64,000 nt of DNA from an uncultured Bacteroidales bacterium (GTDB taxonomy: Bacteria; Bacteroidota; Bacteroidia; Bacteroidales; Paludibacteraceae): NCBI GenBank assembly GCA_947164985.1, contig CAMUYI010000003.1, forward strand, positions 41,378 through 105,377. Direction: 5' to 3'. Under the pieces are notes generated by a model, which searched no databases, had not been told where the DNA came from, and saw only the letters and a program-made list of their open reading frames with translations. The position numbers and the translations under genes are program-made. Shown here piece after piece: positions 18,826 to 26,733 of this stretch. Position 1 is the stretch's first letter. Every line of letters starts with the position of its first letter.

Positions 18826-19484
18826 AAAGAATCAATAAAAAATTCCGTAAGCAACTCATTTGGGCAGGCGTCGTCTTTGTGCTCAGTATATCGTTGATGA
18901 GTGCGATATATATCTTAGGTAATAAACCCTATGTATATATCAATCCCGGTATCACGATGTCGGCGCCCTCTCCAGTAGGAGTACCTTATCATCCGGGCGG
19001 TTTTTCCTACGGATCGACGGGGTTAGGTAGGCATGCGGTGTCTACACCATACTCGATGTCGGCTCAACCATCCATGTCTGAGAATTCGTCGTTTGGAGGT
19101 ATCTATTTGACGAGTAATGCTCAGGTCCATTCGGTTGGAGGCGGTGGTGGAGGTATGGCGATGACGGCATCCCATAACTCTTCATCTCGCAGAAATGTAG
19201 TGAGCGGAGGTGGAGCGGCTGCGATGCCGATCAGCAGTTTTATAGCCTTGGCTTCAACGCGTCAAGTGGCACCTCCGGCTGCAGAAGAAGCACCGCAGAT
19301 GGCGAAGTTAGCGCCTCGTCATGCGCCTGGACCTCCTCAACCGCCCGGAGGAGGAGGTGGAGGACTGCCCGAGGATTATCAGTTAGTGGAGCATCCGATA
19401 GGTGAACCGTGGATATTGGCGATCATGGCTGCATTGTATGCTTTGGCGCGGTTTATGTTCTTTAAAAGAAGAAAAGCGGCCTAA
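18822..19484 (+). CDS. Hypothetical bitopic Gly/Pro/Ser-rich protein, translationally coupled to the giant gene
   Basis: ATGA overlap with the giant ORF. AAGGAGGG lies 6 nt upstream of the ATG. N-terminal signal anchor, a low-complexity core with two G6 runs, and a C-terminal PIGEPW + hydrophobic helix + KRRK. Confidence 0.6.
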   Translation: MKRINKKFRKQLIWAGVVFVLSISLMSAIYILGNKPYVYINPGITMSAPSPVGVPYHPGGFSYGSTGLGRHAVSTPYSMSAQPSMSENSSFGGIYLTSNAQVHSVGGGGGGMAMTASHNSSSRRNVVSGGGAAAMPISSFIALASTRQVAPPAAEEAPQMAKLAPRHAPGPPQPPGGGGGGLPEDYQLVEHPIGEPWILAIMAALYALARFMFFKRRKAA

Positions 19485-19529
19485 AATAAACTATTTTAGG
19501 GTTCGATTGCGAAAAAATATGGCATATGC

Positions 19530-19560
19530 TTGCATATGTCATTTTTTTTTTGTACTTTTG
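19530..19560 (+). promoter_or_regulatory. Promoter for the HD-lpxD-lpxC-lpxA operon (-33 TTGC, T-run, -7 TACTTTTG)
   Basis: ggcatatgcTTGCatatgtcaTTTTTTTTTTgTACTTTTGcacgc; the ATG follows at 19577. Almost the same module occurs at 26658..26699. Confidence 0.6.
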
Positions 19561-19576
19561 CACGCAATTTTGTAAT

Positions 19577-20809
19577 ATGGCTAATAAACGTAAGATTATA
19601 AATGACCCGGTGTTTGGATTTTTATCCATTCCCAACGACTTGATTTACGATGTGCTGCAGCATCCTTATGTGCAGCGTTTGAACCGTATTCGGCAGTTGG
19701 GGTTGTCTTATTTGGTGTACCCGGGGGCGATGCACAGCCGTTTTGGTCACTCGTTGGGTGCGATGCATCTGATGCATGAAGCGATCACTTCGCTGCGGTT
19801 GAAAGGGGTAGATATTACACCCGAAGAAGAGACCAGCGCGATGATTGCAATCCTGCTGCACGATATCGGTCACGGTCCTTTCTCGCATGTGCTTGAGCAT
19901 ACGATCGTCGATGGCGTCACGCACGAAGATATATCGCTTCTGATGATGGAACGTATCAATTTGGATCTCCACGGTCAGTTGGATATGGCGATCTCAATTT
20001 TCAAGAATGAATACCCGAAACATTTTTTGCACCAATTGATCTCGAGTCAGTTGGATGTGGATCGGATGGATTATCTATGCCGTGATTCGTTCTTTACCGG
20101 CGTGCAAGAAGGTAGGGTGGCAAGTGAACGTCTGCTGAAGATGCTGGATGTGCGCAATGACCGTTTGGTGGTGCAGGTTAAGGGTATCTACAGTGTGGAG
20201 AAATTCTTGGTAGCACGCCGTCTGATGTACTGGCAGGTGTATCTGCATAAGACCTCGGTGGCGGCTGAGCAACATTTGATAAAAATCCTGAATCGCGCCA
20301 AAGAATTGGCGCATGAAGGGAAAGAGCTCTTCTGCTCGCCGTCTTTGCGTTATTTCCTTTATCAGCATGTGACGTTTGAGCAGTTTAGTCCGACGAGTGA
20401 GGCACTGGAGCAGTATGCGTTGTTGGACGATAATGATGTGCTTTCCGCTATCAAAGCATGGATAGCAAGTGATGATAAGGTGCTTAGTTTGCTAAGCCGG
20501 AGTTTTATCAATCGTCAGCTGTTCCGTGGTGAACTGCTGAATGCTCCGCTGACAGAGGAGCAGAAAACGGCATTGAATAAGCAATATGCGGCGGTGCTGG
20601 GCGTGTCAGAGAAAGATGCGGAATATCTATGGAGCGAACATGTATCGACCAGTAATACCTATTCGGAGAAAGCTGATTCGATAGATATTTTGTACTCCGA
20701 CGGTACGGTACGCGATATCGCTGAAGCGAGTGAGATCTTGGATCTGGCATCGCTGACGCGCAAACCGAAAAAAATGTATATATTTAAATATCGAATAGAT
20801 GGAATTTAG
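19577..20809 (+). CDS. HD-domain phosphohydrolase (dNTPase/SAMHD1-like superfamily)
   Basis: RFGHSLG...LLHDIGHGPFSH...DVDRMDYL motifs. Start reset to the ATG at 19577, downstream of the promoter. Confidence 0.85.
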   Translation: MANKRKIINDPVFGFLSIPNDLIYDVLQHPYVQRLNRIRQLGLSYLVYPGAMHSRFGHSLGAMHLMHEAITSLRLKGVDITPEEETSAMIAILLHDIGHGPFSHVLEHTIVDGVTHEDISLLMMERINLDLHGQLDMAISIFKNEYPKHFLHQLISSQLDVDRMDYLCRDSFFTGVQEGRVASERLLKMLDVRNDRLVVQVKGIYSVEKFLVARRLMYWQVYLHKTSVAAEQHLIKILNRAKELAHEGKELFCSPSLRYFLYQHVTFEQFSPTSEALEQYALLDDNDVLSAIKAWIASDDKVLSLLSRSFINRQLFRGELLNAPLTEEQKTALNKQYAAVLGVSEKDAEYLWSEHVSTSNTYSEKADSIDILYSDGTVRDIAEASEILDLASLTRKPKKMYIFKYRIDGI

Positions 20810-21809
20810 TGCACAACAAATAGCAGCCGTTTTAGGCGGAGCGTTGTACGGCAATGCGAATGTGAAGGTGTGTGATGTGGCTCCGATTGAGCAAGCTCAG
20901 GCACAACACCTGACGTTTATCACCGATGAGAAATACTTACCGTATCTTCAGGATACCAAGGCGGGTGTCGTTTTGATTACGCGCAGTATTGTGGAAGGGA
21001 AGATTGCTTTTCCGGAAGGAGAAGGCAAGGCAGGAAGTGCTATCATCTTGGTGGAGAATGCCCGTGGAGCTATGGGACAACTCTTGACGATGGTTTCGAA
21101 AGCGATGTTTCCTGCTAAGAAAGGTGTCGAACAGCCCTGCTTTATCAGCGAAGGCGTAGAGATGCCTGCTGATGCTTACGTAGGTGCATTTGCATACATC
21201 GGTCGCAATGTGCGTTTGGGTGAAGGCGTGCAGATTTACCCGAATGTCTACATCGGCGATAATGTGGTGATCGGAGAAGAAACAATCCTCTATTCAGGTG
21301 TTCGTGTGTATGCGAATTGTAAGGTAGGTGCGCAATGTATCTTGCATGCCGGAGTGGTAGTAGGAGCCGATGGTTTCGGCTTCGAACCTGATGCACAGGG
21401 CGTAAACCAGAAGATCCCGCAGATAGGAAATGTGATCATTGAGGATGATGTGGAGATTGGTGCTAATAGTTGTATCGACCGCGCTATGATGGGTTCGACA
21501 ATCGTGCGTAAGAATGTGAAGATCGATAACTTGGTACAGATCGCCCATAATGTAGAGGTAGGTGAGTCCACTTTCTGTTGTGCGCAAGTAGGTATAGCCG
21601 GTAGTACGAAGATTGGTAAACATTGTATCTTAGCCGGACAGGTTGGCGTTGCCGGACATATTGAGGTGGCGGATAACTGCATCTTCGGTGCCCAGACAGG
21701 TGTGGCCGGAAATATCAAACAACCGGGAATGTATAGTGGTAGTCCCGCTATCGATGCCGCTACATGGCGTCGTGCGGTTGTTAAATTCAAACAATCAGGA
21801 AAACATTAA
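20799..21809 (+). CDS. lpxD: UDP-3-O-acylglucosamine N-acyltransferase
   Basis: N-terminal LpxD domain followed by a long hexapeptide-repeat beta-helix; conserved position upstream of lpxC and lpxA. Confidence 0.9.
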   Translation: MEFSAQQIAAVLGGALYGNANVKVCDVAPIEQAQAQHLTFITDEKYLPYLQDTKAGVVLITRSIVEGKIAFPEGEGKAGSAIILVENARGAMGQLLTMVSKAMFPAKKGVEQPCFISEGVEMPADAYVGAFAYIGRNVRLGEGVQIYPNVYIGDNVVIGEETILYSGVRVYANCKVGAQCILHAGVVVGADGFGFEPDAQGVNQKIPQIGNVIIEDDVEIGANSCIDRAMMGSTIVRKNVKIDNLVQIAHNVEVGESTFCCAQVGIAGSTKIGKHCILAGQVGVAGHIEVADNCIFGAQTGVAGNIKQPGMYSGSPAIDAATWRRAVVKFKQSGKH

Positions 21810-21817
21810 ATCCATAT

Positions 21818-22723
21818 ATGAAACAGCACACTATCAAAGAGAGTTTCTCTCTCAGTTCGGTTGGACTGCACACGGGTTTACAGATAACCGCCACGTTCCA
21901 TCCGGCACCGGAGAACACCGGTATTCGTTTACGTCGTATCGACTTGCCTAAACAGCCTTGCCATCAAGCTTTGGCGGACTATGTGTCAAGTACAGAGCGA
22001 GGCACGGTTTTGGAGCGCGGTAAATGGAAGATCAGTACCGTAGAACATGCATTAAGTGCCCTCTATGCCATGGGAGTAGATAACTGTATCATTGATGTGG
22101 ATGCCCCTGAGATGCCTATTCTGGACGGTAGTGCCCGTATGTTCGTTAAGGAGATTCAGCGCGTAGGACTCGAGGAACAAGAGGCGGAGCAGCAGGTATA
22201 TGTGGTTACTGAACCGATTGAGTATGTGTCTGAGCACGGAAATATCTTGCGTGTAGAGCCGTGTGACCATTACGAGGTAGATGTGACGATCGCTTTCCGT
22301 TCTGTGTTGCTGAGTGAGCAACATGCTACGTTGACCGATCTGACTAAGTACCCCAAAGAGATAGCTGCTGCGCGTACGTTCTGTTTTGTAAGAGAGATTG
22401 AACCGCTGCTGCGTGTCGGACTTATCAAGGGTGGCGACCTCAAGAATGCACTTGTCATCTACGAGACCGAGATGTCGCAGGACGGTATGGATTATTTCTG
22501 CGATAAGATGGGACAACCTCACATGGATGCAACCAAGTTGGGATACCTCTCGCCGCTTAATTATCAGAACGAACCGGCACGGCATAAGTTGTTGGATGTC
22601 ATCGGTGACCTGTCCTTGTTGGGTATGCGCCTTCAGGGACGTATAGTTGCCTATAAACCGGGACACACGTTCAATACGCAATGCGTACGCCGTCTGCGTA
22701 ACCAGATCATCAACGAAGAATAA
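21818..22723 (+). CDS. lpxC: UDP-3-O-acyl-N-acetylglucosamine deacetylase (stand-alone, no FabZ domain)
   Basis: TIKESFSLSSVGLHTG, TVEHALSALYAMGVDN, ILDGSA and HKLLDVIGDLSLLG blocks. Only 301 aa. Confidence 0.9.
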   Translation: MKQHTIKESFSLSSVGLHTGLQITATFHPAPENTGIRLRRIDLPKQPCHQALADYVSSTERGTVLERGKWKISTVEHALSALYAMGVDNCIIDVDAPEMPILDGSARMFVKEIQRVGLEEQEAEQQVYVVTEPIEYVSEHGNILRVEPCDHYEVDVTIAFRSVLLSEQHATLTDLTKYPKEIAAARTFCFVREIEPLLRVGLIKGGDLKNALVIYETEMSQDGMDYFCDKMGQPHMDATKLGYLSPLNYQNEPARHKLLDVIGDLSLLGMRLQGRIVAYKPGHTFNTQCVRRLRNQIINEE

Positions 22724-22748
22724 TCGTAAATCGTTAAATCGTAAATTA
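22722..22748. repeat. 27-nt heptamer-array element AATCGTAAATCGTTAAATCGTAAATTA filling the lpxC-lpxA spacer
   Basis: Identical 27-mer, in sense orientation, also lies just upstream of the rnfA start (plus-strand 51819..51845). Confidence 0.85.
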
Positions 22749-22749
22749 T

Positions 22750-23520
22750 ATGATAAGTCCATTAGCAAGTATTCATCCTGAAGCCAAGATAGGCGAGAAT
22801 GTAGAGATCGGTCCGTTCGTGTTCATTGACAAGGACGTAGAGATAGGTGACGGTTGTATCATTGATGCCAGCGCTACCATCTGCCGGTACACCAAGTTGG
22901 GTAAGAATTGCCATGTGTTCCCGTCGGCTGTCATTGGTGCTATCCCGCAGGATCTGAAGTTCCACGGAGAAGAGACCTGGACGCTCATCGGCGACAACTG
23001 TGTGCTGCGAGAGTTTGTGACCGTGCATCGCGGTACGTTCAGTAAGGGCAAGACCGTGATCGGTAATAACAACCTCATCATGGCATATTGCCATGTGGCA
23101 CACGACTGCGTGCTGGGTAATAATATCATCATGTCCAATGCGACTCAGTTGGCAGGTGAAGTGGTAGTAGATGATTTTGCAATCATCGGTGGTGGTTCTT
23201 TGGTTCACCAGTTCAGCCATATCGGAAGCCACGTGATGATACAAGGCGGTTCGCGTATCAACAAAGATGTACCGCCGTTCATCATCGCTGCCCGTGAACC
23301 GATCGCTTACTGCGGTGTCAACTCGGTAGGACTCAACCGTCGCGGTTTTACCCCGGAGCAGATCCATACGATTCAAGAGGTGTATCGTCTGTTGTATCAG
23401 GGAGGCATGAATACCACACAGGCTTTGGAGCATATCGAAGCAACCATGCCGCAGAGTGCCGAACGCGATACGATCGTGGAGTTCGTCAAACAATCCGCCA
23501 GAGGAGTAGTAAGAGCATAA
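22750..23520 (+). CDS. lpxA: Acyl-ACP--UDP-N-acetylglucosamine O-acyltransferase
   Basis: MISPLASIHPEAKIGENVEIGPFVFI hexapeptide repeats and a C-terminal helical domain; 256 aa. Confidence 0.92.
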   Translation: MISPLASIHPEAKIGENVEIGPFVFIDKDVEIGDGCIIDASATICRYTKLGKNCHVFPSAVIGAIPQDLKFHGEETWTLIGDNCVLREFVTVHRGTFSKGKTVIGNNNLIMAYCHVAHDCVLGNNIIMSNATQLAGEVVVDDFAIIGGGSLVHQFSHIGSHVMIQGGSRINKDVPPFIIAAREPIAYCGVNSVGLNRRGFTPEQIHTIQEVYRLLYQGGMNTTQALEHIEATMPQSAERDTIVEFVKQSARGVVRA

Positions 23521-23554
23521 GGAATTTTCAGGGCTTGCATAGGGGGTCTATTAG

Positions 23555-23598
23555 GTGATTAACACGTGATTAACACGCGATTAACATGTGATTCGATT
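23555..23598. repeat. 11-nt tandem array (GTGATTAACAC x2, GCGATTAACAT, GTGATTCGATT) upstream of glnS
   Basis: Read directly; exact 11-nt period, four units. Confidence 0.85.
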
Positions 23599-23620
23599 AA
23601 TATACAAAACAACAACAATA

Positions 23621-25312
23621 ATGGAAGAGCAAGAGAAAAGTCTCAATTTTATTGAGCAGATCGTAGAAAAGGACCTGGCAGAAGGAGTAAATGACGGACG
23701 TATCCAAACTCGTTTTCCGCCGGAGCCGAACGGATACCTGCATATCGGTCACGTTAAGGCCATTTGTATGGACTTCGGTATTGCGGAGAAGTACAACGGT
23801 GTTTGTAACCTTCGTTTTGATGATACCAACCCTGCCAAAGAAGATACCGAATACGTAGAGACCATTGAGCGTGACATCGCTTGGTTAGGTTTCAAATGGG
23901 GTAAGATTTTCTACGCCTCCGACTATTTCCAGCAACTATACGATCTGGCGATCATGTTCATCAAACAAGGCAAGGCCTATGTGGATGAGCAGACTGCCGA
24001 GCAGATCGCTGAGCAGAAAGGTACGCCGACCGAACCCGGTGTCGCTTCGCCTTACCGTGATCGCCCCATCGAAGAGAACTTACGTCTCTTTGAGGCCATG
24101 CAACGCGGCGAGATAGAGGAAGGCAAGATGGTTCTCCGTGCCAAGATAGATATGGCGAACCCCAACATGCACTTCCGTGATCCGATCATGTATCGAATCA
24201 TCACGAGTCACCCGCATCACCGTACGGGCACCAAATGGAAAGTGTACCCCATGTACGACTTCGCGCACGGTCAGTCCGACTATTTCGAAGGCGTAACGCA
24301 CTCGATCTGTACGCTGGAGTTTGAGGTACATCGTCCGTTGTACGACTATTTCATTGATCAGTTCAGTGGTGAGAATTTCTGTGGTTTGAGTCCGTACGGA
24401 CCTAACTATCGTCCGAAACAGCGTGAGTTCAACCGCCTCAATATCACCTATACCGTCATGTCCAAGCGTAAGATGCTGCAACTCGTCAAAGAAGGTCTTG
24501 TTGCCGGATGGGACGACCCGCGTATGCCGACCGTTTGCGGTCTGCGTCGTCGCGGTTACACACCGCAAGCCATCCGCACGTTCATGGATAAGATCGGTTA
24601 TACTAAGGTAGAAGGCATGATTGACCAAGGCTTACTGGAGCACGTCATCCGCGAGGACCTCAAAGAGACAGCACCGCGTGTATGTGCTATCTTCGATCCG
24701 GTTAAGCTCGTTATTACGAACTACGAAGGCGAAGGCGAGACCATCATCGCGGAGAACATCGACGGACACGAAGAACTCGGTACGCGTGAGATGAGGTTCG
24801 GTCGTGAACTCTGGATCGAGCGAGGCGATTTCCTCGAAGAGGCGGACAATAAATTCTATCGACTCAGTCCTGGTGGGCGTGAAGTACGTCTCAAAGCGTC
24901 CTATATTATCCAAGCTACCGGTTGCGAGAAAGATGCGAATGGTAATATCACTACCGTTTATGCGACTTATGACCCGAATAGTAAGTCCGGTACAGAAGGT
25001 GGAAACCGCAAAACCAAAGCGACGATTAACTGGGTGGAGTGTAACAGTGCCGTTGACGCCGAAGTTCGTCTGTACGACCGACTCTTTGCGGTGGAGAACC
25101 CAAGTGCTGAGGAAGGCGATTTCCGTGACCTGCTCAATCCGGACAGCCTTAAGGTAGTGACCGCTAAAGTGGAAGCATCCTTGGCCAAAGCCAAACCGCA
25201 AGACCATTTCCAGTTGCTCAAACAAGGTTACTTCGTGGTGGATGATGACTCTACGTCGGAGCATCTTGTGCTCAACCGTACCTGTTCGTTGAAGGATAAC
25301 TATCTTAAATGA
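23621..25312 (+). CDS. glnS: Glutamine--tRNA ligase
   Basis: PEPNGYLHIGH (HIGH) and VMSKR (KMSKS) class I motifs, with GlnRS-type C-terminal beta-barrels. Start reset to the ATG at 23621 (MEEQEKSLNFIEQIV). Confidence 0.93.
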   Translation: MEEQEKSLNFIEQIVEKDLAEGVNDGRIQTRFPPEPNGYLHIGHVKAICMDFGIAEKYNGVCNLRFDDTNPAKEDTEYVETIERDIAWLGFKWGKIFYASDYFQQLYDLAIMFIKQGKAYVDEQTAEQIAEQKGTPTEPGVASPYRDRPIEENLRLFEAMQRGEIEEGKMVLRAKIDMANPNMHFRDPIMYRIITSHPHHRTGTKWKVYPMYDFAHGQSDYFEGVTHSICTLEFEVHRPLYDYFIDQFSGENFCGLSPYGPNYRPKQREFNRLNITYTVMSKRKMLQLVKEGLVAGWDDPRMPTVCGLRRRGYTPQAIRTFMDKIGYTKVEGMIDQGLLEHVIREDLKETAPRVCAIFDPVKLVITNYEGEGETIIAENIDGHEELGTREMRFGRELWIERGDFLEEADNKFYRLSPGGREVRLKASYIIQATGCEKDANGNITTVYATYDPNSKSGTEGGNRKTKATINWVECNSAVDAEVRLYDRLFAVENPSAEEGDFRDLLNPDSLKVVTAKVEASLAKAKPQDHFQLLKQGYFVVDDDSTSEHLVLNRTCSLKDNYLK

Positions 25313-25737
25313 ACACACGTGTTTCTAACGGCAAAGAACAGATCTTCTGCGAATGGCGTCACCGTTGGGTGCGCCTGACGCCCGAAGAGTGGGTTCGTCA
25401 ACAGTTGCTTCACTTTTTAGTGGAGCAACTTGACTTTTCAGCCTCACTTATTGCCGTCGAACAGGCAATCACGGTAGGTGCGGCGAAGAAAAGATGCGAT
25501 GCAGTGGTGTATGACAACGCTATGCAACCGATCGTACTGATCGAATGCAAAGCGGAGACCGTTGCCTTGACGCAAAAGACACTGGACCAAGCGGTGACCT
25601 ATAATAGAAAATTGAATGTGCCCTACCTGCTGCTGTATAATGGTCCACAAATGATTTTTGTAACAATTAACGCTGATGGAAACAATACTATCTCTCAACG
25701 ATGCCCTCGATACGCCGACCTTTTACGGCGTGAATAA
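25309..25737 (+). CDS. Type I restriction enzyme HsdR N-terminal (PD-(D/E)xK-like) domain protein
   Basis: 142 aa. The pattern WVRQQLLHFLVE ... CDAVVYD ... LIECK resembles the stand-alone HsdR_N family common in Bacteroidota. ATGA overlap with glnS. Confidence 0.55.
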   Translation: MNTRVSNGKEQIFCEWRHRWVRLTPEEWVRQQLLHFLVEQLDFSASLIAVEQAITVGAAKKRCDAVVYDNAMQPIVLIECKAETVALTQKTLDQAVTYNRKLNVPYLLLYNGPQMIFVTINADGNNTISQRCPRYADLLRRE

Positions 25738-26626
25738 CCAAAATATCCTCTGTCTCAAGAACCAGCACCCTGATGTGCGGGTCGTGGCGCGTGGCTATCA
25801 AGTAAAGGTAACAGGCGCTGAGAAAGCGATTGATAATTTTGAACAGGCACTGCGTAAATGTGAGCAGTTCTGTATCCGTAATAACCGGCTTACCGAGCAG
25901 GATATTTTGATGCTGCTGCATGGCGAAAAACCGCATGAGCAAGCAATGGATAATCTCATCTTGCATGGTGTGAACGGTAAATCAATCTACGCGCGTTCCA
26001 TAAATCAACAGGCGCTTGTGCGCGCGTACGAAGAGAACGATCTGCTTTTTGCCGTAGGCCCTGCGGGTTCTGGAAAAACCTACACCGCCATCGCATTGGC
26101 CGTTAGAGCCCTGAAAAATAAAGAGGTACGCCGTATTATCCTTTCCCGTCCTGCTGTAGAAGCAGGGGAGAAACTTGGATTCTTACCGGGTGATATGAAA
26201 GAGAAGATCGATCCATACCTGCAACCGCTCTATGATGCGCTACAAGATATGATCCCTGCTGCCAAATTAGCAGAATACATGGAGAAAGGTACGATTCAGA
26301 TAGCTCCGCTTGCTTTTATGCGCGGTCGTACCTTGTCAGAGGCAGTGGTCATACTCGATGAAGCGCAGAATACTACGGCGCTCCAACTGAAAATGTTCCT
26401 TACCCGTCTCGGTATGGGCGGTAAGATGATCGTAACCGGCGATATGACACAGATCGACTTACCTCCGACTCAAAAGTCCGGTTTGCGGGACGCGATGGAG
26501 CGATTTAAGAATATCAAGGGTATCAAGATTATTGAATTCAACGAAAAAGATATCGTTCGTCATCCGCTTGTCAAACGCATTGTGGCAGCCTATGCTGGTG
26601 AAAAATCTACGGAGAATGTGGAATAA
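25676..26626 (+). CDS. phoH: PhoH family ATPase
   Basis: FAVGPAGSGKTY Walker A, ILDEAQN Walker B, and the GDMTQIDLP motif. Confidence 0.9.
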   Translation: METILSLNDALDTPTFYGVNNQNILCLKNQHPDVRVVARGYQVKVTGAEKAIDNFEQALRKCEQFCIRNNRLTEQDILMLLHGEKPHEQAMDNLILHGVNGKSIYARSINQQALVRAYEENDLLFAVGPAGSGKTYTAIALAVRALKNKEVRRIILSRPAVEAGEKLGFLPGDMKEKIDPYLQPLYDALQDMIPAAKLAEYMEKGTIQIAPLAFMRGRTLSEAVVILDEAQNTTALQLKMFLTRLGMGGKMIVTGDMTQIDLPPTQKSGLRDAMERFKNIKGIKIIEFNEKDIVRHPLVKRIVAAYAGEKSTENVE

Positions 26627-26691
26627 TTGACAAAAAGGGGTAAAAAAAAAGTAAAGTGGCATATACATTTGTATATGTCATTTTTTTTTAG

Positions 26692-26699
26692 TACCTTTG
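26692..26699 (+). promoter_or_regulatory. Candidate -7 box (TACCTTTG) with upstream T-run
   Basis: ggcatatacatTTGtatatgtcaTTTTTTTTTagTACCTTTG, 35 nt upstream of the ATG at 26734. Confidence 0.55.
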
Positions 26700-26733
26700 T
26701 CGTCGCAAAAAGTCGGTTAAAATCTATACACAC

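Noticed and set aside
19541-19551. T9-T11 runs between the -33 and -7 elements (19541..19551, 26681..26689, 56391..56398, 12016..12024 on the other strand) as phase-variable spacers.
   Set aside because: The run recurs at many housekeeping promoters in the same position. It looks like part of the normal promoter architecture (an A/T-rich spacer or UP-like element) rather than a switch.
25676-25737. 62-nt overlap between the HsdR_N-domain gene and phoH, considered as a sign of a frameshifted fusion.
   Set aside because: Both ORFs have intact family-typical ends. PhoH may simply start at a later codon. There is no homopolymer or other slippery sequence in the overlap.
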